Part shown: positions 24,711-36,182 of the stretch, one piece after another
Layout of the letters: each line of letters begins with the position of its first letter
Numbering within the stretch: the first letter of the stretch is position 1
DNA from: Octopus bimaculoides
Lineage: Eukaryota
DNA length: 39,445 nt
Reading direction: 5' to 3'
Assembly: GCF_001194135.2 (NCBI RefSeq)
Contig: NC_068986.1
Coordinates: 36,964,370 to 37,003,814, forward strand
Position numbers and translations under genes: made by a program
Notes under the pieces: generated by a model
What the model was told of the DNA's origin: nothing
The model's input: the letters and a program-made list of their open reading frames with translations, nothing else
Database searches by the model: none

Positions 24711-25554
24711 TGAGAAATAATAACAACAACGGAGGGACATGTATATGATGTCAGTATTTGGCTGGTATTTTAATTAATCAATGCCAAATGGGTCAACAGT
24801 AAACTAATTACTTTATTACTCCTTTCAATAATGACTAACTGTAACATAGACATGATGATATATATTTTTATGGACTGGCATGGTCGAGTTCATTTAATGA
24901 CATAGTAAGAATGGTTTTGATCTCAATAACAATTAATACAAAACTCATAACGAAGATTATCCATTTCAAATCCTTGGATTATTAATGCACTACAAGCACA
25001 TCCATGACAACTATTTGATAAGCATGATGACCAGAGTGGTAATGGTGATGGTTGAGATGTTGATGACAATGACATCTATGACAAGATGATGATTATAATA
25101 ATGATGATGATGATCAAAATTGTAAGAATAGCAGCAATTAAAAAGGAAAACATATTCAAGAGAGTCTCTCTTAACTTTAGTGACTCATCCTAACAGAATT
25201 GCATTAGCAACACTAAATAATGGTTAAGGATGTTTTTAACAATTTTCACAAGTTTTGTGTGTGTGTGTGTGCATGTGTGTGTGAATGTGTGTGTGTGTGT
25301 GCATGTGCATGTGTGTGTGGTTGAACTACAAATTTACTGTAAGTAGACTGGTTTGACTATGTGCACAAAGTCATCTTTGTAAAAGACAAGAATTTACAAG
25401 CACAGCCAGCTGTCTTTTGTGAGCAAGTATGACTAGACAGCATGTACCACAGTTGCTTTTGTAGTCACAAGCAGACATGGACACCTTCTCAGTACCTCCA
25501 TTCTTGGCCCAGGGGAACAGCCAGGACATGACAGATGAAAGGTGAGAGGGTTGT

Positions 25555-25700
25555 GCCAATATTCAGCTGGTAACTCATTCTCACTTGATTAGACTGAAGC
25601 TACATGAAATGAAATGTTTGGCTCAAGGACACAACATGATACCCAGTCCATAAACTGAACACACAACCCTCTAATCATAATCATGAGTCAAACACCCCTC
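25555..25700 (-). mobile_element. Decayed SINE family B
   Basis: GAAATGAAATGTTTGGCTCAAGGACACAAC is the reverse complement of the GTTGTGTCCTTGAGC central motif. Confidence 0.6.
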
Positions 25701-25910
25701 AAGCAATATGTCACCAAGTGAGCACTCATGACATTTTTCACAGCCTCCAAGACTATTGGGAGAGAAAAGAAGAAAACCAAATCACAGTTTATAGGATTTC
25801 CTTAACACCAGGGACAGGGTCCAGAGCTTGTGACAGTGGATTCTGCTCAAGGCATCCAAACATCAGGTGGTGGCATTAAACTGGATGGCAGGATTCCAAA
25901 CTCAGTACAC

Positions 25911-26127
25911 TACTCTTTACTCTTTTACTCTTTTACTTGTTTCAGTCATTTGACTGTGGCTATCCTGGAGCACCGCCTTTAGTCGAGCAAATCGACCCCA
26001 GGACTTATTATTTGTAAGCCTAGTACTTACTCTATCGGTCTCTTTTTGCCACACCGTTAAGTTACGGGTAAGCAAACACACCAGCATCGGTTGTCAATCG
26101 ATGGTGGGGGGACAAACACACACACAA

Positions 26128-26187
<60 letters not shown>

Positions 26188-26339
26188 GACGGGCTTCTTT
26201 CAGTTTCCTTCTACCAAATCCACTCACAAAGCTTTGGTCGGCCCGAGGCTATAGTAGAAGACACTTGCCCAAGGTGCCACGCAGTGGGACTGAACCCAGA
26301 ACCATGTGGCTGGTAAGCAAGCTACTTACCACACAGCCA
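25911..26339 (-). mobile_element. Near full-length SINE family A with expanded internal (CA)n(TA)n
   Basis: Colinear with 3927-4323 over its whole length apart from the internal microsatellite (about 26114-26186). Confidence 0.9.
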
Positions 26340-26726
26340 GGATGAAAGGAATAGTTGACTTTGGTAGGATTTCAAATCAGAGCATAAAGAGGTGGTGCAT
26401 CATTGGATTTTATCAATTACTTTCCTGATTCGACAAGATCATCATCATTATATCATTATTATTAGGATTATAATAATTATTATTATTAATAATATTAGTA
26501 AAAGTAAATTGCTTTGTTTCATTTGTTTTGGTTTTTTTTTACATATAAACTTCACAAGCCTTATATACATGGGAAAGGTTAAAATGATAAGTTTTGACTG
26601 CCATGCTTCCCTAAAGAGCACCAACAACACAAAATAGTTCCAAATGAAAATCAGAACTAAGTCATACAATCGGCACACCACAGCAATTACCACAATAATA
26701 ATTTTACATAATCTTCATCATCATCA

Positions 26727-26778
<52 letters not shown>

Positions 26779-27254
26779 GAGAGAAAATTTCTGGGTAAGT
26801 CAATTAATTAACTCAATTCCAATACTTAAAAGTAAGGTATCAGTGAAGTAACACAAGGTCAGTTAACCAACTAACACTTTTCTCCAGATTGCTGGCATTG
26901 TACCTATATTAGGAATAATTATTAATATCATTACCATTATTATTAATGATATTATTAATATTATTATTACAGTTGTAGCTGTACTCAACCTACATTCAGC
27001 ATGCATCTGTATGCCAGGGAGTACAGATTGGAGAGCACACTTACCCTTAATAGTCAAGGTAATCCTGGATCTCTGGGTTTCCTTGAATGGCCCTAAGTGA
27101 TGGTTCTCCTCAGGGACATTACCAGATTTTATACCCTGCATACAGCCAATTTTTCATTTCATTCCATTTCAATGTAAATCTTATCCCTCACACTTTATGT
27201 ACCCTGTCCTATTATGTATCCTCATTTGTCGCCCTTATAGTAATAATACATTAT

Positions 27255-27657
27255 CATCATCATCATCATCGTTTAACGTCCGCTTTCCATGCTAGCATGG
27301 GTTGGACAGTTTGACTGGGGACTGGTGAACCAGATGGCTACACCAGGCTCCAATCTGATCTGGCAGAGTTTCTACAGCTGGATGCCCTTCCTAATGCCAA
27401 CCACTCCGAGAGTGTAGTGGGTGCTTTTACATGTCACTGGCACGAGGGCCAGTCACACGGTACTGGCAACGGCCACACTCAAAAAGGTGTCTTTTTACGT
27501 GCCACCTGCATGGGAGCCAGTCCAGCGGCACTGGCAACAACCTCGTTCGAATGAGTTTCTAATGTGCCACCAGTACAAGTGCTAGAAGGCAACGCTGGTA
27601 ACGATTATGCTCAAATGGTGCTATTTACGGGCCACTAGCATGGAAGCCAGACAGCTA
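27255..27657 (-). mobile_element. RTE-tail element with upstream GC-rich subrepeats
   Basis: (CAT)n-CGTTTAACGTCCGCTTTCCATGCTAGCATGGGTTGGAC...GTGTAGTGGGTGCTTTTAC, followed by three decayed TTTTACGTGCCAC...GCCAGT...CTGGCAACG subunits. Confidence 0.85.
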
Positions 27658-27719
27658 TTATTATTATTATTGTTATTATTTTTATTATTACTATTAAGTT
27701 AGTGATATCTGTTCTGGTT

Positions 27720-27875
27720 CTTTAAATTCTGAGTTGAAATCCTGTCAGAGTTAACTTTGTCTTTCATCCTTTTGAGAATGATAAAATGAAGTGCCAGCCA
27801 AGAACTGGGGCTGATATAATTGACTAACTACCTCCTGCCTCAAAGTTGCTGGCCTGGCACCTATATCGGAAACAG
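27720..27875 (+). mobile_element. Decayed SINE family C
   Basis: TTCTGAGTTGAAATCC ... CTTTCATCCTTTTGAGAATGATAAAATGAAGTGCCAG ... GGCCTGGCACCTATAT. Confidence 0.7.
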
Positions 27876-29798
27876 TTATCAATATTGTCATTGTTGTTGT
27901 CATTGTAGTTAAAGGGAGAACTAATCCATATGCTAAATGTAGATTTCTATTAGATCCTGAAAGTTAAATAAAATTAAACCAAGCAGGTACTATAAATGTA
28001 AAGTGAAGCAGTAGGAAACCAACACTGGCCAGTGTCAGCAAACAGTAAGTCTGTACATAAATAATCTATGTTGTAGAAAGATACACAATATAAGAACATG
28101 CTAAAAGTAGACTAACAAGGAAAAGGTGGATCATCATAATGGTGATGACGATGGTGGTGGTAATGGTTGTGGTGGTGATAAACATACCAAAAGCAATACA
28201 TACATAATATCAAAGTATGAAATAGATGGCATGAAATTATCATTAATAATGATAATAATGATGATGACAACAGTAATAGCACATTATAATGTTGACAAAT
28301 ACTTATAATGACACAAGTAATGAGAATGCCTTTTTAACAAGACTTAACAAAATTGTGGCAAGGCAAAGAGAGTTACCCAGTAACTTACTATAATGATTAC
28401 AACGCTTAAAATTAAATATCAGGTACTTTAATTTCTATAATGGGCACAAAGCCACAAATACAGTTGAAGATTACAGTAATTAGATTGATCCCAATGTGTG
28501 GCTAGTATTTTATTTTATCAGCTTTGAAAGGATGAACGATAATGTTGCTTCTTCTCTCAATAATAATAATTTTCAACATGGACACAAGATTATAATTTTA
28601 AAAGAAGATACAACCAATAAAATTGACCCCAGTATTTGAACAGCACTAAATTAATTGGTTGTAGATGGATGAATGGTAAAAATTGAGCTTATCAAGATAA
28701 GAAAATGAACCCCCAATACATAGTATTTTGTCTGGTGCTCAACTATTTCTTCTAATCCAGATAATGATATTGATGATGGTGGTGTTAATGGAAATAATGG
28801 TAATAATGACAAGAATAATAATGAAAAAGAGAAAATATAATAATTGCAACAATAAATTATTATATATATGCACTTCATGCAGTTTACAAAAAAAACAAAA
28901 AAAAAAAGACTATCAGCATGACTATCATTCTATCTACCAAACATTCAACCAGAATTTACGGTTTACATTTATACTTTATTTACTCTCTACTTCTTCCCAC
29001 CATGCAACTGTTTTCCCCTTTCCAACTTTCTTTTTGCATTTTCAAGCAAATTTGATCATCCTTAGATTTATTTTTGTCCTTTACATTACTTTTTTTTTTC
29101 ATTTAATTATCATGTCTACATTAGGTATTGGGGTTGCAAGAGTAGAGATGCATGTCAAAGGGATCTATAATTGTCTAGAGAATAAATAATTCAGGTATGC
29201 CTCCATATGAAAAATAACAGCAGTTAAGATAGTGTTAATATATCTAATGTACAGAACACTAAATATGTTAACCAGAAATAATTAAACAGTGAAAAAATAA
29301 AACAATATTGTTTTCATTGTTTTGGTAAATGCAGTAATGGCTACATTTTACTGATGAGCCTATAACAAAAGAGAAACATGTCCAGGGTTGTCTCCCATGC
29401 TTGTTGAAGCAGTGATGGAAGACCCACTAAGTTTCTAACTTTGATTTTGATATTTATAAGAGGTGACAGTGATGGTGGTTGTGGTTGTGGTTGTAGCAAT
29501 GAGACAAATACAGTGGTGGTCATTGTGGTGGTGGTGGTGATAGTGATGATGGAAATGGTCAAGGTGGTTTCAAGGATTGACAGGAGAAGTAAATATTAAA
29601 ACCATAGTAAAAAATCGATGGTGGCGGTGGTGTTGGTGTTGGTGGTGAAAGGTGAACAAACAAGTATGTAATAAAACTGGAGAGCCAGTAGGTCAAGGGG
29701 AGGAAATTGTATATGGTGGGGAAGAGAAAAAGCAAACACAAAAATTACATGCAGTACAATATCTCTCTTTCCTTCAATTCAAAATATCCACATATATG

Positions 29799-29878
<80 letters not shown>

Positions 29879-30353
29879 TATATGGATTATACAAGTGTAT
29901 GTACATATACATATATAAATATGTTATATATATATGTTACTTATAGACATATTATATCTTAGAAATATATACATGGGTATATATAATTATATTTATATAA
30001 CAAACCAAGCCATACACTTTACACGTGTAATGCAATGTATATGGCTTGGTGAGTGTATAGGAGGACTTGCATGTGTGTGCATGGTGTGTATGCATGTGTG
30101 TGTGAGTGTATACATGTAAAATTTCTTAGTTATTCACAATCACATTAATATATATTTGTTTGTTAGTTATTTTCTTTTTGTTTGTTTGTTGGTTGTTGTT
30201 GTTTGCATGTTGTGTGTCTGTATTTATATTTCCTCCACTTATACCGCTAGGTGTACCACTACTACTTCTACTATGAACATTTCTGACACACTAGAAAGAC
30301 TCCAAGTGTCCGGCAGTTGCAGTATTTACGGAATAGTTTCCTTTTGAACTTAC

Positions 30354-30413
30354 AGTACTTGCGAAGGACTCGATCTACGGGCGTGTATATGTCGACAGGA
30401 TTGCGAAGCTCAC
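30354..30413 (-). CDS. SEMA5: Possible 60-nt in-frame extension of the TSR4 exon to a distal donor (adds GELRNPVDIYTPVDRVLRKY)
   Basis: Second phase-1 donor TAC T|GTAAGT at 30353, exactly 60 nt after the proximal donor. No stop in between. 6 CpG in 60 nt, which is exon-like against the CpG-poor flanks. Confidence 0.5.
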
Positions 30414-30596
30414 CTGAGTTGTGACACACTCCATTGTTGAAGCAGAAACGCACTTGGCTTTTCATGTGCTTTGCTCGGATCATGTGACGATCCGGGACTG
30501 GTGCGCTGCATGAAAAACGGAAGCGCTGCTCAAAGTATCCTCCTCTTGTTGTATTCGTCTTCACCCAGTCGCTCCATGGTACCACTTTTACTTTGG
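30414..30596 (-). CDS. SEMA5: Semaphorin-5 exon encoding the atypical TSR4 (core, to the proximal donor)
   Basis: Acceptor ttgttttctgtacttacAG, proximal donor CAG|GTGAGC, 183 nt, phase 1-1. Translation (A)KVKVVPWSDWVKTNTTRGGYFEQRFRFSCSAPVPDRHMIRAKHMKSQVRFCFNNGVCHNS. This matches the 3-Cys TSR4 of vertebrate Sema5A/5B as I recall it (PWTPWTPVNIS..GGHYEQRFRYTC), including the N-glycan sequon position. This motif is the basis for the family call. Confidence 0.92.
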
Positions 30597-30627
30597 CTGT
30601 AAGTACAGAAAACAATGAGACTTGATG

Positions 30628-30887
30628 TGAGAAGAGATGCAATAGAAGCAGAGAATATAGAATAAGAAATAGAAGAGAATAGAACATAAGAGAAAAGAGA
30701 AAATTGAATGAAAAATACACTAGAATAGTGGAAACAGATNNNNNNNNNNNNNNNNNNNNNNNNNNNNNNNNNNNNTGAGAAGAGATGCAATAGAAGCAGA
30801 GAATATAGAATAAGAAATAGAAGAGAATAGAACATAAGAGAAAAGAGAAAATTGAATGAAAAATACACTAGAATAGTGGAAACAGAT
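30628..30887. other. 112-bp exact duplication across a 36-N gap (likely unmerged contig overlap)
   Basis: 30628-30739 is identical to 30776-30887, with N at 30740-30775. Confidence 0.85.
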
Positions 30888-31516
30888 TAAAGTAAGGGAA
30901 TATTACTTATAATATAAAGTAATGCAATGAGGGTATATGATATAGCTATAAAGCAATAAAGGAATATAATAAGAGAATAAAATATATTTCTTATATAAGC
31001 ATGAGGCCAGAACTTTGGGATGAGGGGGGTTACTCAATTAAATCACCCCCAATACTTGACTGGTACTTTATTTGATCAACCCATGAAGATTGAGTAGAAT
31101 TATGATCAAATATGTTGCAAAATTAAAGGAACATTATATAAAATATAAGGGAATTAACCATACCATCCTTTTTTCTTTCATAATGTATCTAGGATACATT
31201 GTGCAATGTGACCTGCCTTTGCTGTTGTTCTTATCACTAAGTCTCATGTTACACTCGACTGAGTAGACCTAAAAGTCCAAGGCATTCCAGCTTTCACCAT
31301 TTAATAATTTTTGAATACCAGTGATTTCAATGTCAATTGAATTCTTATATCTTCACAAATTAACAGGGTGTGATTTGAGGGAAATTTTAACAGCTACTTC
31401 TAGCAAGTCAGTCACACATGTAGCCGTTTCTTGCATTTGTTGTTGATATAGATGATGATGATGATGATGAAGATAATAAAGATACTAACAGCCATGATGA
31501 TGATGGCTATACTTAC

Positions 31517-31696
31517 CATCACAGTTATGTTTATTGCACATACGCCATTCCTGTTCATTTCCAATACAAGGTAAACCCTTGTGTTTTGGCGGTGGGTTGT
31601 CACAGTTACGGCGCCTTGTTTGAACTCCTCCATAACATCGCTCTGAGCATCCAGCCCATGAGGACCACATTGACCACTGGCCATTGATAGGGCTAT
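31517..31696 (-). CDS. SEMA5: Semaphorin-5 exon encoding TSR3
   Basis: Acceptor tttctctttacttacacAG, donor GAT G|GTAAGT, 180 nt, phase 1-1, joins the TSR2 exon in frame. Translation (Y)SPINGQWSMWSSWAGCSERCYGGVQTRRRNCDNPPPKHKGLPCIGNEQEWRMCNKHNCD. Confidence 0.93.
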
Positions 31697-31754
31697 CTGT
31701 GTAAGTAAAGAGAAAGTAAAGAGTGTGTTAGGGTTGTGTATGTTGTAAAGTGTA

Positions 31755-31930
31755 TAATGATTTCAAATTTTGGCACAAGGCCAGTAACTTTGAGGTAGGG
31801 GCTGAACCAATTACAACAACCATAGTGCTCAACTGATACTTATTTTATTGACTCTGAAAGGATAAAAGACAAATTTGACCTCAGCAGAATTTGAACTCAG
31901 AATGTAAAGATGACAAAATGCTGCTAAAGC
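31755..31930 (-). mobile_element. Decayed SINE family C inside the TSR2-TSR3 intron
   Basis: GGCACAAGGCC ... GTGCTCAACTGATACTTATTTTATTGAC ... AAAGGATAAAAGACAAA ... AGAATTTGAACTCAGAATGTAAAG. Confidence 0.75.
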
Positions 31931-32779
31931 GTGCTACCCAAGAAAAGATGAAACACAGTGTGTGGTGGCAAGATAATGAAGAAACTAATATGCAAGGAGA
32001 GAGAGAGAGAGGATGAGAAGTAAAGAACAAAAGATGAGAAAAGGAAAGGAGAGGTAGAAAGAGAAAAGAGTGAAACAGAAAATGTGAGGATAAGTAAGAG
32101 AAACCAAGAGATAGGAAGAGGGTGAACAAGAGATTAAATAGGAGGGTGAGTGGGAGGAGATATGGTGGAAGAGAAAATGTTTAGGAGAAAGAGAGGTGGG
32201 CGATGATGAATGAATGATGGAGATGGTATGAATATGTCTGAATGTAAAGAAACAAACAAGTCTCAAAGAATGGAAGGACATCATTAGTAGAAATGGAAGA
32301 AGAAGCCAAAAAACACTAATCACAATGACTATTGTAACCTTGTTGCAAACATTTAAACAGGTTTGTCAAACAGCACCATTTCTGAAAACTTTGCCTAATG
32401 ACATCCTGCCATGGTTAATAATAATGTTGCATGAGATTCAACAACACATTGAAAAACACTCATGTTGCCAAATTAGAGAAAAAAAAGAAAAATGGAGACG
32501 GAGAGAGAGAGGAAAAGAGAGAGAGAAAAGAAAAGGATAATATTTATATATATATGCACATACATAGTCATTAGTGAGGGATTTATCAATCTGAGCAACA
32601 TACTTTATAAGCTCTCTGTTAGTACACTAGGCTAACAATATTGTTTAAATTAGTAAAGAAAACCATGCATTCTTGTACCAGAGTCTGAGATTATAGTTCA
32701 CACTATATATTGTAAATCTGTGGTTGTACTCCAGTTATATGTAAGAAGGTAAGTATCAAAAGATTAGTGTATTACTTAC

Positions 32780-32953
32780 AAGGACAACGTGGATTTCCAG
32801 GACAATATTCCTCCTGCTTGGCGGACCCCTCACAATCACGTCCTCCATGCAGTGGGGCCGGATTCCCACAGGTACGTGTGCGAGATCTAACACCACTATT
32901 ACACGTCTGAGAACAGGATGTCCAAGCAGACCATGGAGTCCATCCACCATGTG
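32780..32953 (-). CDS. SEMA5: Semaphorin-5 exon encoding TSR2
   Basis: Minus strand: acceptor tattctctttcttgtAG, donor CCT T|GTAAGT, 174 nt, phase 1-1. Translation xHGGWTPWSAWTSCSQTCNSGVRSRTRTCGNPAPLHGGRDCEGSAKQEEYCPGNPRCP has WxxWxxW, 6 Cys and the RxRxR strand. The ORF track shows a different frame here. Confidence 0.93.
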
Positions 32954-33004
32954 CTACAAGAAAGAGAATAATAAAGAAAACAAATCAAAATCAAATATGT
33001 CATA

Positions 33005-33490
33005 TATGTGTAAATTAACTAAACATCCTAATAACTATGGTTAATCAAAATATATTGTCTATGTAGAATAATTAGCCTCTGAGTCACAGTGCTGTCATAC
33101 TAATGGGATTGTGTTGAAGTAGGAAACCATCAAATGACAAAAAGAGAGCATGTGAGGGAGTGGCAGTAAGAGAAGTAAAATTAATGTTAGTAAAAGGTCG
33201 AGGGGAAAATGAGCGGGTAAATTAAAATTAGAGTTGGAGTAAAAAAATGATTAGAGTAACAATAAAGCTGTAATTACTTTTGACGACATAGGTCTACTAA
33301 TATATGCATAATTAACTAATCATAATAGCAACATTTAATCAAAATGTCATGCATGTATAATAAATGAAGATACTTAATACAAATGTATTATATATGTTTA
33401 ATTAACTAAACCGCATAATGAGAATGGTTAATCAAAACATTTATGCATAATTAACTAAATCTCATAATGAGAATGATTAATCAAAATATA
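33005..33490. repeat. Four dispersed or tandem copies of an approximately 45-bp AT-rich motif
   Basis: AATTAACTAA...TTAATCAAAA units begin near 33013, 33310, 33400 and 33449; the last two are tandem with a 49-bp period. Confidence 0.75.
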
Positions 33491-33499
33491 GTGTTTGCA

Positions 33500-33548
<49 letters not shown>

Positions 33549-33786
33549 CAAAACATCATAAATAGGATAGTGGTAAGAGTAAGCTTAGTACATCAGAAGC
33601 TTTAGTATTTAAATATTTATATTTTTATTAGTACACACCCAACTCATCTTCAAATGCAGTTTTTTTGTTTTTCTTCCTTGGCTTGTTCATTCACACACAC
33701 ACAGAGATAGATAGAGTAAAGTTTGTGTGAGCCAGTAAAAGAACTTCTACATGTTAGCTCAACTTGGTTGAAATATTTAACCAAGT

Positions 33787-33831
33787 TTATCTAAGTTTAA
33801 GTTATCTAAGTTTAAGTTATCTAAGTTTAAG
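33787..33831. repeat. Perfect 15-bp tandem repeat, 3 copies
   Basis: TTATCTAAGTTTAAG x3. Confidence 0.95.
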
Positions 33832-34615
33832 TTAACTATAAAAATATAGATGTATACTAATGATATTTAAAATAGAAATTTAAACTGATAATATGCTGAG
33901 CAATAATAAATTCACAGCCAGTTCTTGTAATAGCCCGGGTATCAATCTAGCAATTTCATTTTGGAATGATAGAACCTGCTCTTAAGCCTTATTCCTTATG
34001 AGTGTGTGTATAGTGTAGTACAGTGTAGTGTGTGTGTGTGTGTGTGTGTGGTTCTCTATTTCTCTGTTAACCTTTATCTTGGAAATGATACTAAACCAAC
34101 TATTTTATCTGGGACAGCAGCTCAATGATTGGTCGGTGATGTTATTGAGCAGTCTGCAGGGAAAGCAGGTTGAAATGAAGAGTGATTAAAGAGACATAGG
34201 TACAGGATCGAGAAACAGAAACAGAAAAAAAGGGGATGAGAGAAAGGAAAAAGTAGAAGAAAATAGAAAAAAAGAAAAAAGAGAGGAATATTAACAAAAA
34301 AAAAAGAACAGTGATTGTAAAAAAGAATTAAGTAGAGAAAGAGAGAGTGGAGAATTTAGAAGAGATTTTTCTGTACTGTGAGTATTACGGATGGTGTACT
34401 TGTGTATATGTGAATGTACTTGTGACTATTTTTTGTATGTAAACATGTTTGTATATTGTGTGAATAGCTGAACTTATCCTGTATCTATAAGACTATATAT
34501 GTGTCTGTGTAAATGTGTGGGATGAATTGTGTATATGTAAGATATAACGGTTGTATATGAGTGATGGTGGTGGTGGTGGTGGTGGTGAGTAATGAGTATT
34601 TTAGTTATGGTTATT

Positions 34616-34777
34616 GAGGATGTATGACCTAGTGGTTAGAGTGTTGCAATCATGATCACAAGATCATGGTTTCAATTCCTGATTGGGTGGTGCATTGTGA
34701 TTTTGAGCAAAACACTTCATCTCGCATTTCTCTGCAATCTATGTGATAACACTATGTGATAACTCTATGTGATAACA
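34616..34777 (+). mobile_element. Decayed SINE family B followed by a 13-bp tandem triplication
   Basis: GACCTAGTGGTTAGAG ... GGTTTCAATTCC ... TTTTGAGCAAAACACTTCA, then CTATGTGATAAC(A/T) x3 at 34739-34777. Confidence 0.7.
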
Positions 34778-35680
34778 CTATATGTACATCTCAGTTTACT
34801 TGACTGCCGACAATTAACAATTGTAATCTGAAGTTGAATGGTTAACAGTAAGAAAGATGCCCAGATTTCTTAAAAAATTATTGTGCAAAATATTCTGAGA
34901 AAAAGTATTTTTTCGACACAACAAAACACACAGAGTTACCTCCCTTAGCTAAAGACCTCAAAGTTGTGTGACCTGACCTCATTTTTGAGGTTATTTTTAC
35001 AGTAAAAAAGAGTTATTCAAAAAACATACTTTATTTGGTAGCCGAAAGATTACTGAATTTTCTGATACCCCATACGTCAAAATCGGTAATTCACACACAA
35101 AATTTATTTTATTATATAAGATAATCTTTATGTTTCTGAATGTGTGTGAGTGTATATATGAGAGAGAGAGAGAGGGGGGGAGAGCATATGAGAGATATGC
35201 ATACATATACACATGTATATATTTAAATTCACACACACTCACACACACACACATGTTCTATATGAATTTCTAAAGAGATATGTGGAAGATGTGAATCTTG
35301 TATGAGGATATTTGCGTTTGTGCCTGTGTATGTATGCATGTGAGAGGGAGGAAGAAAGAGAGTATGTGGAAATGCATATGTGTTTGGATGTGTGCTAGAC
35401 ATGATGAGGAGTGTGTAATTAAAACCTTGCATTTCAAGCTAAAATTCTAGACCTAAATCAGAGCCTAAACTAGTGTTGGCTAACTGTAATTCTAGCAGTC
35501 ATTCTCTGCACATATTTCTCAAGGACTAGCAAGACAGGGATCTTAAATGAAGAATGCATGTGTATTTGTGTGTGAATGAGTGCAAATGTATGTATATGCA
35601 TGTGTGCATATAAATGTATGTGTTTGTGTGTTTATCACTGTGTGTTTTGATGTGTATGTATCTAAATGCCTATATGTGTA

Positions 35681-35717
<37 letters not shown>

Positions 35718-36182
35718 AAGAAAGAGAGAGAGTGCAAGTTACAAAGCTGAAAGTTTTCTAACGTGCTTGAGTGTATGTGTGTGCCTTTAGGAATGGTGAT
35801 CCCTATAAGGGTCTGAAGCAGTGTAAAATAAACATAAAATGAATGCAAGTTAATTAGAGAGTCTAGGCTGTCGTTCAACCACTCATCTTAAAAATGGAAG
35901 AACACATTAGAGAATATAGTTCTTGATAAACAAATGGATGGGATGATCATGGCTCAAATATCTATAGATCTGCTCAATCAAGATGACCAGAAGCTCACAA
36001 TATCAATATAAGATGAATATGTATGCACAGACAGACAGATAGTCAGAAACTTATCTCTTCAGCCTTTGATATGAAGACAAAAAAAGGAAACTATTTAAAT
36101 GAAATTACTTAAAGAGACATAATTCAATAAGTGAACTCAGGCAATCGACAGACATTGATGAAAGAAAAACAAACAACAAAAT

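Noticed and set aside
25371-25559. Cys/Trp-containing minus ORF (SWLFPW...CGTCC)
   Set aside because: No WxxW or RxR TSR pattern and no convincing splice sites; it abuts a decayed SINE.
29351-29382. CTGATGA...GAAAC hammerhead-like spacing
   Set aside because: The intervening GCCTATAACAAAAGA cannot form stem II and no stem I is evident.
30628-30887. Exact 112-bp tandem duplication next to the TSR4 exon
   Set aside because: The two copies directly flank a 36-N gap, the usual sign of an unmerged contig overlap. It also generates the spurious ORF at 30530-30868.
32756-33044. ORF-track peptides over the TSR2 exon (MVDGLHG... and MQWGRIP...)
   Set aside because: Wrong frame or strand. The splice-defined third frame gives a clean TSR. 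An apparent frameshift near 32825 disappears when the four C's at 32826-32829 are counted.
34860-35122. Possible Helitron 5' end on the minus strand (A|TCTTATATAATAAAA)
   Set aside because: No matching 3' hairpin plus CTRR terminus was found; the motif is too AT-rich to support alone.
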